Origin: an uncultured Acidobacteriota bacterium
GTDB taxonomy: Bacteria > Acidobacteriota > Polarisedimenticolia > Polarisedimenticolales > DASRJG01
Reading direction: 5' to 3'
Length of the DNA: 64,000 nt
NCBI GenBank assembly: GCA_964511835.1
Contig: CAZEII010000007.1
Coordinates: 54,089 to 118,088, forward strand
Shown: positions 47,358 to 56,679 of the stretch, piece by piece
Position numbering within the stretch: the first letter of the stretch is position 1
How the letters are laid out: each line of letters opens with the position of its first letter
Translations under genes and position numbers: made by a program
The notes under the pieces: generated by a model
What the model was told of the DNA's origin: nothing
What the model saw: only the letters and a program-made list of their open reading frames with translations
The model's database searches: none

Positions 47358-48134
47358 GTGAATGTCACCCTTCACGTTTGGCGGCAAGCTTCGGCGACCG
47401 ATCCGGGGAGCTTCGTCACCTACCGCGCTACGGGCATCAGCCCCGACATGTCGTTCCTCGAGATGCTGGACGTCGTCAACGAGCGCCTGATCGAGAAGGG
47501 CGAGGAGCCGATCGCGTTCGACCACGACTGCCGAGAGGGGATCTGCGGAACATGCGGGATGGTGATCAACGGCAGGCCGCACGGGCCTCGAAAGCTGACG
47601 ACGACCTGCCAGCTCCACATGCGGTCCTTCGAAAACGGCGCTTCGATCACGGTGGAGCCGTGGCGCGCCGCCGCGTTTCCGGTCGTGCGCGACCTCGTCG
47701 TCGACCGGAGCGCTTTCGACCGGATCATCCAGGCGGGCGGCTTCGTCTCGGTGCCGACGGGGAGCGCGCCGGACGGCAACGCGATCCCGGTGCCGAAGGA
47801 CGACGCCGAACGCGCGATGGATGCCGCCGCCTGCATCGGCTGCGGCGCCTGCGTCGCCTCGTGCCCCAACGCCTCGGCCGCACTGTTCGTCGCGGCGAAG
47901 ATCAGCCACTTGGGCCTGCTCCCACAGGGACAGGCGGAGCGCGACGCGCGCGCGCTCGGCATGGTGGCCCGAATGGACGCCGAGATGTTCGGATCGTGCA
48001 CGAACCACGGAGAGTGCGAGGTCGCGTGCCCGAAGGGGATCTCGCTCGAGACGATCGCGAGGATGAACCGGGATCACCTGTTCGCGTCGGTCACGCGACG
48101 CCCCGAGACCGAAGGATCCGGCGGCACCGGCTAG
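47358..48134 (+). CDS. sdhB: succinate dehydrogenase iron-sulfur subunit
   Basis: [22 protein letters not shown] and [15 protein letters not shown] start 2 nt after the sdhA stop. Confidence 0.95.
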   Translation: MNVTLHVWRQASATDPGSFVTYRATGISPDMSFLEMLDVVNERLIEKGEEPIAFDHDCREGICGTCGMVINGRPHGPRKLTTTCQLHMRSFENGASITVEPWRAAAFPVVRDLVVDRSAFDRIIQAGGFVSVPTGSAPDGNAIPVPKDDAERAMDAAACIGCGACVASCPNASAALFVAAKISHLGLLPQGQAERDARALGMVARMDAEMFGSCTNHGECEVACPKGISLETIARMNRDHLFASVTRRPETEGSGGTG

Positions 48135-48143
48135 AGGAGGCCC

Positions 48144-48707
48144 ATGCGCTCACGACACCTCATCCTCTGCGTCTCGCTTCTCGCCCTCCACTTCGCGACG
48201 CTGCCGGCGCGCGCGGCCAGCTCGGCGTCGAATCGCGGCGGCCGGGGGACCGGCGCTCGGACGGGTGTCGGCGTCGGCGCCACGCTTCCTCAAGGGGAGT
48301 TCGGCGATTTCAACGACCCGGGTTATTTCCTTCAGAGCCGGTCGCTCTACGTGGAGAAGATCATCGGCGGGCGCGCGGCGGCCTACTACGGGGACACGGC
48401 GGGATCGAACGGCGCGGGCGGCGGCCGTGTCTACGGATTCGATTTCGACGTCCTGGCGAAGGTCGGCAGCCCCGATACGTTCGGCTACGCCTTCGCCGGA
48501 GCGGGATACGGAAAGCTGACCTTCACGTCGTCCGGCCCGACGCCGGGCTCATCGGTCCGCGATTCCTACTACGATTGGTGCTGGACCGGAGGGATCGGAT
48601 TCTCGTTCAAACGCAAACACGGCTTTTATCTCGAAGCGAGCTACGTCTCGTACCAGACCAATCCCCGGGCCGATTTCGTTCCTGTCGTCGTCGGATTCGA
48701 GTTCTGA
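48144..48707 (+). CDS. outer-membrane beta-barrel protein (small OMP)
   Basis: Signal peptide MRSRHLILCVSLLALHFATLPARA, a Gly/Tyr-rich alternating pattern, and a C-terminal ...VVVGFEF. Confidence 0.7.
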   Translation: MRSRHLILCVSLLALHFATLPARAASSASNRGGRGTGARTGVGVGATLPQGEFGDFNDPGYFLQSRSLYVEKIIGGRAAAYYGDTAGSNGAGGGRVYGFDFDVLAKVGSPDTFGYAFAGAGYGKLTFTSSGPTPGSSVRDSYYDWCWTGGIGFSFKRKHGFYLEASYVSYQTNPRADFVPVVVGFEF

Positions 48708-48732
48708 GGGCGCGCCGCCCGCAAGGCCGAAG

Positions 48733-49047
48733 TTACTTCCCAAGCGTCAGGACGTAGTCCGCGATCGCCTTGGCGTCCTCGGCGCTGACCTTGTCGCCGA
48801 GCCCCTTCATCTTCCCTTTGCCCTCATGGATGTCTTTGACGATCCCCTCGGCGGTGGCGGTCTTCTTCCAGTCCGGGTCGTTGAAGTTCTTCGACCCGGC
48901 GGCCATTTTCTTGGCGACGCCGTCCATGCCGTGGCACATGGCGCACTTCGACTCGTACAGCTTCTTGCCATCGGGAGCCGCGAGGAGCGGTCCGGCCGAC
49001 GCGAGCGCGACGATGAGAACCCCCGTCACCCCTGTTCTGGTCTTCAT
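48733..49047 (-). CDS. class I c-type cytochrome, secreted
   Basis: Signal peptide plus the CAMCH heme-binding motif. 104 aa. Confidence 0.9.
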   Translation of the reverse strand: MKTRTGVTGVLIVALASAGPLLAAPDGKKLYESKCAMCHGMDGVAKKMAAGSKNFNDPDWKKTATAEGIVKDIHEGKGKMKGLGDKVSAEDAKAIADYVLTLGK

Positions 49048-49883
49048 GGAAAGTCTCCTTTGCCGGCCGCAAGTCTAACCGCGTTTCCAGAAGGATCGCG
49101 AACGAGCCGACCCTCCCCGACCGGCACTCGAGCTCCGGCCAGGCGGGACAGCGCGCGGCCGAGCTGATCGAGATCGGGATAGCGAAGGACGAACTCCCGG
49201 AGCCCCACCGCACCCGGCGGAGGAGGTGGCGCGCCCACGCCTCCCCACGTGTTGAACGCGATGTGGTGGTGGTAGCCGCCGATCGAGACGAACGATGCCG
49301 TGGGTCCGTACCGGGTCGTGCGCTCGAATCCGAGAAGCTCGCAGTAGAACTGCTCCGCCGGGGAGATGTGAGCCACCCTCAAGTGGATATGGCCCATGGT
49401 CGTCCCGTCGGGAAGGCCGTGCCAGGGCGACCGATCGCCCTCGGACGCCTCGAAGAGATCGTCGAGATCGAGAGGGTCGGTCGTCATGCGCAGTTCGCCT
49501 CCCTGCCAAGCCCATTCTTCGCGCGGGCGGTCGCGGTACAGCTCGATGCCGTTCCCTTCCGGGTCGGCGAGGTAGAGCGCCTCGCTGACGAGATGGTCGG
49601 CCGCTCCCTGGAGCGGAGTCCGGGTCTCGGCGAGATGGACGAGCGCGCGCGCGAGGGATTCGCGGGACGGAAGAAGGACGGCAAAGTGGAAGAGTCCGGT
49701 CGCTCCGTGCGCGGGGCGTGCGCCCTTGTGCTCGACCAGCTCGAGGAGATCGACTCCCGGTGCGCCGAGCCGCGCGGTCGATCCGTCGTTCGAGTGAACG
49801 ATCATCCCGAGGCGCTCGGTGTAGTAGGCGACGAGCTTGGGAAGATCGGCGACCGTCAGGCGCACCGGGCCGACGACGCTCAA
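49044..49883 (-). CDS. VOC family protein (two-domain glyoxalase / extradiol dioxygenase-like)
   Basis: This is the C-terminal part of track ORF 49044..51062: VRLTVADLPKLVAYYTERLGM...LFHFAVLL...HIHLRVAHISPAEQFYCELLGF...GGYHHHIAFNTW. The start (TTG at 49883 or GTG at 49865) is uncertain. Confidence 0.75.
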   Translation of the reverse strand: MSVVGPVRLTVADLPKLVAYYTERLGMIVHSNDGSTARLGAPGVDLLELVEHKGARPAHGATGLFHFAVLLPSRESLARALVHLAETRTPLQGAADHLVSEALYLADPEGNGIELYRDRPREEWAWQGGELRMTTDPLDLDDLFEASEGDRSPWHGLPDGTTMGHIHLRVAHISPAEQFYCELLGFERTTRYGPTASFVSIGGYHHHIAFNTWGGVGAPPPPPGAVGLREFVLRYPDLDQLGRALSRLAGARVPVGEGRLVRDPSGNAVRLAAGKGDFP

Positions 49884-50383
49884 GGGAGGGCCCTCTCGAA
49901 CCACTGGACGTCCCAATACTTCCCGAACTTTCGTCCGATCTCCCGATACAGCCCGGCCGGCCTGAACCCGAATCGCTCGTGAAGCGCGATCGACGCCGGG
50001 TTCGGGATCACGATCGCCGCATAAGCGCGGTGCACGTCCTCGCCGGCCAGCGCGTCGAAGAGACCGGCGTAGAGTCGCGTGCCGATTCCGCGCCCCTGAT
50101 GATCCGGATGAACGTAGACCGTGAACTCGACCGAGGTGAGGTACCCCGGCTTCTCTCTCACCCTGCCGCAGTTCGCGTAGCCGGTGATCGTGCTTCCTTC
50201 TGCGGCGACGAGCAGGCGATGCCGTCCCGAGCTCCCGTAGTGGCTCATCCACTCCCGGCGGTTCTCGAGCGAGACAGGCTCGAGGTCGAACGTGGCCGGG
50301 CTGGTCCTGACGTAATGGTTGTAAATGTCGGTGATGGCGGCGAGGTCGCCGACGGCCCCCGACCTGACGATGACGCCGTCCAT
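49880..50383 (-). CDS. GNAT N-acetyltransferase (phosphinothricin-acetyltransferase-like)
   Basis: DLAAITDIYNHYVRTSPATFDLEPVS and VHPDHQGRGIGTRLY. ATG start at MDGVIV. Confidence 0.85.
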   Translation of the reverse strand: MDGVIVRSGAVGDLAAITDIYNHYVRTSPATFDLEPVSLENRREWMSHYGSSGRHRLLVAAEGSTITGYANCGRVREKPGYLTSVEFTVYVHPDHQGRGIGTRLYAGLFDALAGEDVHRAYAAIVIPNPASIALHERFGFRPAGLYREIGRKFGKYWDVQWFERALP

Positions 50384-50429
50384 CCGCAAACGCTACCACC
50401 CCAAGCGCGAGACGCCAGGCCCAGCTACG

Positions 50430-51092
50430 ATGTTCCGCATGAGCGCCAGGATCGCCCTCCCGAAGCGACGCCAGAGCCTGGGCGAGGAGATCGCCAACAG
50501 CGTGAGCCACGGCGTCGGCGCCCTCGCGGCCCTGACGGCGGCGCCCGTCCTGATCGTCGCGGCAGCTCGACGGGGTGACGCGGCGTTCATGGTCGGCGCC
50601 TGCATCTTCGCGGCCACGATCGTTGTGATGTACGTCTCGTCGACCCTCTACCACGCGCTGGCAGATAACCGCGCGAAGCGCGTCTTTCGCGTTCTCGATC
50701 ACGGCTCGATCTACCTGCTGATCGCTGGGACGTACTCGCCGTTCACTTTGGGGGTCCTCCGGGGTGCGTGGGGGTGGACCCTGTTCGGCATCGTCTGGGG
50801 GCTCGGCATTCTCGGCATCGTGATGAAGTCCACCGGTCGGGCTTGGCATCCGATCGTCTCGACGGGGCTGTACGTCCTCATGGGATGGCTGGCGTTGATC
50901 GCGGTGCGCCCGCTGGGGAGCGTGCTCCCGGCGTTTTCGATCGTGTGGCTTGCCGTCGGCGGTCTCGCGTATACCGCCGGTGTCGCGTTCTACGCCGCGC
51001 GGAGGTTGCGGTACGGCCATTTCGTTTGGCACCTTTTCGTCGTCGCCGGCACGGCGTGCCACGTGGCGGCCGTGTTGGCCTGCACGTCGTGA
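50430..51092 (+). CDS. hemolysin III / PAQR family membrane protein
   Basis: EEIANSVSHGVG, SSTLYHAL and LDHGSIYLLIAGTYSPF. Confidence 0.85.
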   Translation: MFRMSARIALPKRRQSLGEEIANSVSHGVGALAALTAAPVLIVAAARRGDAAFMVGACIFAATIVVMYVSSTLYHALADNRAKRVFRVLDHGSIYLLIAGTYSPFTLGVLRGAWGWTLFGIVWGLGILGIVMKSTGRAWHPIVSTGLYVLMGWLALIAVRPLGSVLPAFSIVWLAVGGLAYTAGVAFYAARRLRYGHFVWHLFVVAGTACHVAAVLACTS

Positions 51093-51340
51093 CGATCAAG
51101 CTCGAGTCGAATGTAGAAGCGCGGTGCCTTGCGTCGATCAAGCGCTACTTTCGCGAGAGGCTCGATGACGACATCGGCGATCTGAAGGCTTCACTGCTGC
51201 TCGAGTTCGTGCTCAAGGAGGTCGGGCCGAGCATCTACAACCGCGCCGTCGCGGACGCGCAGGCGAAGATTCAGGACGCCGTCATGGACCTCGACGGCAC
51301 GTGCCACGAACCGGACCCCGGCTACTGGAACAAGCCGTAA
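51089..51340 (+). CDS. DUF2164 domain protein
   Basis: VTIKLESNVEARCLASIKRYFRERLDDDIGDLKASLLLEFVLKEVGPSIYNRAV. GTGA overlap with the upstream stop. Confidence 0.65.
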   Translation: MTIKLESNVEARCLASIKRYFRERLDDDIGDLKASLLLEFVLKEVGPSIYNRAVADAQAKIQDAVMDLDGTCHEPDPGYWNKP

Positions 51341-51366
51341 GCGGCGAACGCGATGAGGAGGTCGTG

Positions 51367-51978
51367 ATGCCCCTGCTGTCCTGGTGGCCGCTCGCGGCGG
51401 CGGCGCTCGGAGGCTCGTACCACCTGTGGGCGGGTTGGATGCACTCGCGGCGCGCCCGCCGCGTGGTAGCGATCGTGCTCGCGACCGGGCTCACGGGAGC
51501 GTTGGCCGTCGCGGCGACCTCGAAGACGACGCCGCCCGCTCGCATCGGATCGGTGATCGAGAGTTTCCTGCAATGGGCCGTCGAAGGACGAGAACTCCCG
51601 TCCGATCCGCCGAAGGCCTCCCCTGCCCTTCCGCACCGGAACTGCGGCGGAAAGCTCGATCCCCAGCATCCGCCTGCCACGGTGTACGTGGCGTGGCAGC
51701 TCTCCGCCGAGGCGCAGCACGCGGCGTGCAATTGGAAGTACGACGTCGCGTCGCACCATGCGTCACCCCTGTCGGCGGAGGAAGCGGCCGACGCGTCGAA
51801 GCAGATCATCGCCGGGAGCATCGGTCCGGAGCAGCGGGCGTTCTTCCACTCGGTGCCGATGGGCGACGGAAGACTCTCGGTCACCGCGGGTTACTGCTGG
51901 GGCTCGGCGTCTGGCACGTTCGCGTTCAAGGACGATCGAGCGATCCTCATCAGCGACGTCGCCATCCACGGCTACTAG
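51367..51978 (+). CDS. membrane-anchored hypothetical protein (203 aa)
   Basis: Internal ATG: MPLLSWWPLAAAALGGSYHLWAGW... There are two TM helices followed by a Cys-containing soluble domain. I recognise no family. Confidence 0.5.
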   Translation: MPLLSWWPLAAAALGGSYHLWAGWMHSRRARRVVAIVLATGLTGALAVAATSKTTPPARIGSVIESFLQWAVEGRELPSDPPKASPALPHRNCGGKLDPQHPPATVYVAWQLSAEAQHAACNWKYDVASHHASPLSAEEAADASKQIIAGSIGPEQRAFFHSVPMGDGRLSVTAGYCWGSASGTFAFKDDRAILISDVAIHGY

Positions 51979-51989
51979 ACTTGGCCTCG

Positions 51990-52757
51990 ATGATTCCCGA
52001 GCAACGGTTCTCGAACCGCGTCGACGACTACGTGCGCGCACGTCCGGGCTACCCCGGAGCCGCGATCGACTGGCTCGCCGGCACGTTCGGGCTGGCGCCG
52101 CCGGCGGCGATCGCCGACGTCGGAGCCGGGACCGGGATCTCCGCGGCGGTCTTCCTCGACCGCGGGTTCCACGTCAGCGCGGTCGAGCCCAACGAGGCGA
52201 TGCGCCAAGCGATGACGGCACGCCTGGGCTCCCATCCGCGGTTCCGCGCGGTCGCGGGCACCGCGGAGGCGACCACGCTTCCGGCGGAGGGCTTCGACGC
52301 CGTGATCGCCGCGCAGGCGTTCCATTGGTTCGACCGCAAGGCGTTCCGCGTGGAGTGTCGGCGCATCCTCAAGCCGGACGGCTTCGTCGCGCTTTTTTGG
52401 AACGTCCGGCGCCTCGAGGACTCCCCGTTTGCCGCCGAGTACGAGAAGCTCCTTCGCACGTTCGGCACGGATTACACGACGGTCCGGCACGAGAACGTCA
52501 CCGACGAGGACCTCGCCTCGTTCTTCGCAGGACCTTACGAGCAGCGATTCTTCGAGAACGTACAAATTCTCGATCGCGCGGGACTCCGTGCCCGGTTGCT
52601 CTCGTCGTCCTACGTGCCGGCGGCGGGCCATCCCCGGTGCGAGCCGATGCTCGCGGCGCTGGACGAGCTGTTCGACGCCCAACAGCGCGATGGCACGGTT
52701 CCGATGGTCTACGACCTCCGCGTCTACGCGGCGCGCCTGCCGGACGACGGCGGCTAG
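51990..52757 (+). CDS. class I SAM-dependent methyltransferase
   Basis: IADVGAGTGISAAVFLDRGFHVSAVEPNEAM (motif I) and DAVIAAQAFHWF. Confidence 0.85.
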   Translation: MIPEQRFSNRVDDYVRARPGYPGAAIDWLAGTFGLAPPAAIADVGAGTGISAAVFLDRGFHVSAVEPNEAMRQAMTARLGSHPRFRAVAGTAEATTLPAEGFDAVIAAQAFHWFDRKAFRVECRRILKPDGFVALFWNVRRLEDSPFAAEYEKLLRTFGTDYTTVRHENVTDEDLASFFAGPYEQRFFENVQILDRAGLRARLLSSSYVPAAGHPRCEPMLAALDELFDAQQRDGTVPMVYDLRVYAARLPDDGG

Positions 52758-52834
52758 GACGTCGCACCGCCCAGTCCGCTCGCGGTGGGCCACGCGTGCC
52801 GGGCCGCGACTGCGTGCCCGGCGGCGATCATCGG

Positions 52835-54643
52835 TCAATCCAAGTGACCTTTCTCGGCGTCCCCCATCGGAACGCTTGCAGGGAAGTACTCCTTCCATCG
52901 CTTTTCGACGGTCGACGCCGTCCTTTCGTCGGCGAAAAGCTCCCTGGGAAAGCCGGGGGCGAGTCGGGCGTCGAAAACGACCGGCGGCGTCAGCGTGACG
53001 TGATTGCGGACGATCCGCTTGGCGGCCGCGTGAATGTCCGCTCCGGGCTCGAAGCGCGTAAAGGTCGTCCAGAGAAAGTTGATCGTCGAGGCCGCGGCTC
53101 GCGCCGGCTCATCCGTAACGACGACGAGCGGCCACTCCTTGAAGGCCGGGTGCTCGGCGAACCGCTCCGCGGCGTTGGCGTCGTCCGCGAAGGGCGGCGC
53201 GCCCACGACGAGACACCCCGGACAGAAAACTCTGGGATCCCGAAGGTCGGCGGGAGGCTCGACGGTGGGGCGAAACTCGCGAGGAAGAGCGCGCACCGGG
53301 TCACCGACGCCGAGCCAGACCCCCTTCGACCCCTCGTTGACCGTCGGTCCCGTGTAATCGAGCGTGTCCATCGAGACGTTCGAGAAGACGAACAGGTCGA
53401 TCTCCGGCTGCGTCCTCTCGAGGAGATGCGTGAGCACCGACTTGAAGTCCTTGAGATCGACATCACGGTCCAGCACGATCAGGAACTTCGTCAGCGAGAG
53501 CTGCCCCTCGCCCAAGATCCGAAACGCGGACATCATCCCCTCCCGCCGGTACCGCTGTTTCACGATCGCCGCGGCGAGCGAGTGATAGCCGGTCTCTCCG
53601 TACGACCAGAGACTCTTCACCGCGGGCATCACCAGCGGGAACAGGGGGGAAAGCAGCTCCTGGAGCAGATCGCCGATAAAGAAGTCTTCTTGGCGGGGCT
53701 TGCCCACGACGGTCGCGGGGAAGATCGCGTCCTTTCGATGGGCGACGTGCGAGATCTCGAAAACCGGGTAGTCGTGACGAAGAGAGTAGTAGCCGTAGTG
53801 ATCGCCGAACGGCCCTTCGGGTTTGCGCGTCTTCGGCGGCACGGCGCCGATCAGCGCGAATTCCGCCTCCGCGGCCAGATCGTGCACCCCGGGGCCGGGG
53901 CAAAGCGCGAGCCGCCCGCCCTCGATCAGCGACGCCAGCATCAGCTCAGGAACGTTTTCGGGAAGCGGCGCGACGGCGGCCAGAATGAGCGCTGGCGGCC
54001 CGCCCAGGAAGACCGTGACGGGAAGGGCCTCGCTCCTCCCCTCGGCGATTGCGTAGTGGAAGCCGCCTCCCTTGCCGATCTGCCAGTGCATCCCCGTCGT
54101 GCGCGTGTCGTGCACCTGCAGACGGTAGACGGCGAGATTCGAGCCGTTCGTCTCCGGGTGTCGCGTGAATACGAGCGGCAGCGTGATGAACGGACCCCCG
54201 TCCTCGGGCCAGGTGGTCAGCACGGGGAGCCGGTCCAGGCGGACGTCGGTCGTGACGACCTCGGTCACCGCCCCTCGCGATCTCCTCTTCGTCCCGAGCG
54301 ACAGCGCCTCGAGAGCGAGGTCGCGCGCGCCCCAGAGCTTGCCCAGAGTCGGCGGCATGATCGTCTCGGCGAGCGCGGCGAGTCGTCGTACGAGCCGCTC
54401 CGGCCGCTCGCCGAACGCCAGCTCCGCGCGCCGGCGCGTTCCGAACAGGTTCGTCGCGAGCGGGAACGAGGACCCGTCGACCTTCGTGAACAACAGCGCG
54501 GGCCCGCCCGCGGCGATCACCCGCCGGTGGATCTCCGCGACCTCGAGATTGGCCGACACGGGTGTCTCGACGACCGCAAGATCGCCGTCTCTCTTGAGCT
54601 GGTCGAGGAAGGCGCGCACGTTCGAAAACGACCGCTCTGGCAT
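52835..54643 (-). CDS. UbiD family decarboxylase (long form, 602 aa)
   Basis: FLDQLKRDGDLAVVETPVSANLEVAEIHRRV and GMHWQIGKGGGFHY. No ubiX-like gene is in the window. Confidence 0.85.
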   Translation of the reverse strand: MPERSFSNVRAFLDQLKRDGDLAVVETPVSANLEVAEIHRRVIAAGGPALLFTKVDGSSFPLATNLFGTRRRAELAFGERPERLVRRLAALAETIMPPTLGKLWGARDLALEALSLGTKRRSRGAVTEVVTTDVRLDRLPVLTTWPEDGGPFITLPLVFTRHPETNGSNLAVYRLQVHDTRTTGMHWQIGKGGGFHYAIAEGRSEALPVTVFLGGPPALILAAVAPLPENVPELMLASLIEGGRLALCPGPGVHDLAAEAEFALIGAVPPKTRKPEGPFGDHYGYYSLRHDYPVFEISHVAHRKDAIFPATVVGKPRQEDFFIGDLLQELLSPLFPLVMPAVKSLWSYGETGYHSLAAAIVKQRYRREGMMSAFRILGEGQLSLTKFLIVLDRDVDLKDFKSVLTHLLERTQPEIDLFVFSNVSMDTLDYTGPTVNEGSKGVWLGVGDPVRALPREFRPTVEPPADLRDPRVFCPGCLVVGAPPFADDANAAERFAEHPAFKEWPLVVVTDEPARAAASTINFLWTTFTRFEPGADIHAAAKRIVRNHVTLTPPVVFDARLAPGFPRELFADERTASTVEKRWKEYFPASVPMGDAEKGHLD

Positions 54644-54654
54644 CGGGCGGCATT

Positions 54655-55740
54655 ATGAGGGAATCTGTCACCGTGAAGCGCATTCGACGGCCGCTCGCGA
54701 TGGGAGCCCTAGCCTCACTTCTGGCCGGGTGCGGCGGAACGAGCACCCCCCCGCCGGCTGCGACGATGCCTCCTGCCGATCCGTCGTCCTCGAGAGATTT
54801 CGTGCGCGGCGTTCTGACGCTCGGCGTGGGCGGCGGCTTGCTGCGCGAATGCGGAGCCCCCTCGGGACGCGCCCTGACGGTCGCAGATCCCTCGGGATCG
54901 CTGGCGACCGCTATGGCCGGGCTCGCATCCGACGCGGCGCGCGGGGTCTACGCGGAGTTGAACGGCGAGCTCAGCTCCGACGGATCGTCGCTCGCCGCGC
55001 CGACGCTGTTGCGTGCGCGCGATCCGAAGGAGCCCACAGGGTGCGACGTGCCGGTCTTCGACGGCGAGTACCGCGCGAGCGGAAACGAGCCGTTCTGGTC
55101 GGTCGAGATTCGCCAGGACGGCATCATCTACAGCGATCCAACGGTTCCCACCGGTCGCACGTACCCGTACGCGTTCACGCGCACGGAGACCGGATCGGTG
55201 GTCTATGCGACCAAGATCACGAGCCCGGCCGTGTCGACGCTCGAGATCGCGCTCGAGCCCGGGCGATGCGTCGATTCGATGTTCGGCGAGATTCGGGGTT
55301 TCGCAGCGCACGCGAAGCTCGACGGCCGGAAGCTCGAGGGGTGCGCTGCGCCCGGCGTTCCTCACGGCGAATTCGGCAGCGCGGCGCTCGACGAGCTGAG
55401 CCGTTACGCGGGATGCTACCCGTCGCGGGCGCGCCTCTGGAGCGAGCCGACGATCCACAGGAGGCTCGAGGCGCTGCTCGGCGCACAGCTGCCGGATTTC
55501 CTCGAGAACATGAAGGTCGAGAGCCCGTTGACGAAGGACAACGACGTCTACTACACGATGGGGAACAAGCCTCACCAGGGGGGCTCGGACGGCGCGATTT
55601 TCTTGGCCGACGCGGGATCGGACACGATCGAGGTAATCCTGTTCGTCCGCGGCGAACGGAAGGACGTCGGCGAAGGAGGGCGCGACGTCGCCGCGCCCGC
55701 GGAGGTCACGGCGGCGCTGAGCAATCTCGGCAGGCACTGA
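54655..55740 (+). CDS. lipoprotein, COG3650-like (GNEPFW motif)
   Basis: Lipobox LLAGCGG. SGNEPFWSVEIRQDG ... CVDSMFGE ... LEGCA. Confidence 0.6.
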   Translation: MRESVTVKRIRRPLAMGALASLLAGCGGTSTPPPAATMPPADPSSSRDFVRGVLTLGVGGGLLRECGAPSGRALTVADPSGSLATAMAGLASDAARGVYAELNGELSSDGSSLAAPTLLRARDPKEPTGCDVPVFDGEYRASGNEPFWSVEIRQDGIIYSDPTVPTGRTYPYAFTRTETGSVVYATKITSPAVSTLEIALEPGRCVDSMFGEIRGFAAHAKLDGRKLEGCAAPGVPHGEFGSAALDELSRYAGCYPSRARLWSEPTIHRRLEALLGAQLPDFLENMKVESPLTKDNDVYYTMGNKPHQGGSDGAIFLADAGSDTIEVILFVRGERKDVGEGGRDVAAPAEVTAALSNLGRH

Positions 55741-56306
55741 TGCCGACGGAGCGCGTCCTCGGCCTGGTCGGAAGTCTGCGCGCGGCCTCGCACAACGGTT
55801 TTCTCCTCCGTGCCGCGGCCGAGGCGGCGCCTGCCGGTCTCACGATCCTGCCGTTCGGCCTCGCCGCGATCCCCGTGTTCAACGCGGACGTGCTGGCCTC
55901 GGGCGAGCCTGCTTCCGTGGCGGAGCTACGCGCTGCCGTGCGCGATTCCGCCGCCCTCTTGATCGCGAGCCCGGAGTACAACTACGGCATTCCGGGCGTT
56001 CTCAAGAATGCGATTGACTGGATCTCGCGGCCGCCCGGCCGCTCGCCGCTCGAACGCAAGCCCGCCGCGATCATGGGGGCGAGCGCGGGGCGCAGCGGCA
56101 CGATGCGCATGCAAATGGAATTGCGCGTCGTGCTGCAGTCGGTCGAGATGTATGTGATGCCGAAGCCCGAGGTGATCGTCCCCTACTCTCGGGATGCGTT
56201 CGACGACGACGGTCGGCTGACCGACGCCGTCACTCGCCATCGGTTGGTGGAATTCATGGCGGCATTCGCCGGTTGGATCCGCCGATTCCCGGCGGAGGGC
56301 CGCTAG
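55740..56306 (+). CDS. NAD(P)H-dependent FMN reductase family protein
   Basis: VLGLVGSLRAAS and IASPEYNYGIPGVLKNAIDW. TGATG overlap with the upstream stop. Confidence 0.85.
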   Translation: MPTERVLGLVGSLRAASHNGFLLRAAAEAAPAGLTILPFGLAAIPVFNADVLASGEPASVAELRAAVRDSAALLIASPEYNYGIPGVLKNAIDWISRPPGRSPLERKPAAIMGASAGRSGTMRMQMELRVVLQSVEMYVMPKPEVIVPYSRDAFDDDGRLTDAVTRHRLVEFMAAFAGWIRRFPAEGR

Positions 56307-56542
56307 GCCGCTGCCTTCCGCACGAGGAAGACGAACTTGCCTCCGTCGGTGTGCGAGCTCACCAGGTCGTTTCCCGTGTCGTCAGCCCACGCCGGAATAT
56401 CCGCGAGCGATCCCTTGTCCGTCGAGATGATCTTGAGAACCTGCCCCGGCTGGAGCGTCTTCATCTCTTTCGCCGCCTTCACGACCGGCATCGGGCACAT
56501 CAGCCCCGACGCATCGACGACGCGATCCTCTTTGACGTCCAT
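56303..56542 (-). CDS. TusA/SirA-like sulfurtransferase
   Basis: 79 aa with DASGLMCPMPVVKA (CPxP motif). Confidence 0.85.
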   Translation of the reverse strand: MDVKEDRVVDASGLMCPMPVVKAAKEMKTLQPGQVLKIISTDKGSLADIPAWADDTGNDLVSSHTDGGKFVFLVRKAAA

Positions 56543-56636
56543 GCCCGCCTCCTCCGGGACATTCTGTTAGGCCCTTCTCCTGCGGGTGCGTGATGGTGCG
56601 TGAAAGCGTTCGGAAAACGGAGCCTGTCCCGTTTTG

Positions 56637-56668
56637 ATTTTGTAGGAAAAAGCAGAATGTCCCGAATT
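56637..56668 (+). repeat. degenerate half-copy of the REP/REPIN-like family: ATTTTGTAGGAAAAAGCAGAATGTCCCGAATT
   Basis: Near-identical to 36189..36222. It lies 11 nt beyond the stop (56680) of the DsrE-like gene. Confidence 0.55.
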
Positions 56669-56679
56669 GGGAGCGCCCT

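Noticed and set aside
48708-48720. GGGCGCGCCGCCC, a small GC hairpin between the convergent OMP and cytochrome c genes, considered as a possible terminator.
   Set aside because: It has a 5-bp stem and no U-tract, so it is indistinguishable from background in this GC-rich sequence.
49044-51062. A 672-aa ORF that looks like a single large protein.
   Set aside because: Only the C-terminal ~279 aa are protein-like (VOC fold). The upstream part is antisense or out of frame to the GNAT (49880..50383) and hemolysin III (50430..51092) genes and is compositionally junk.
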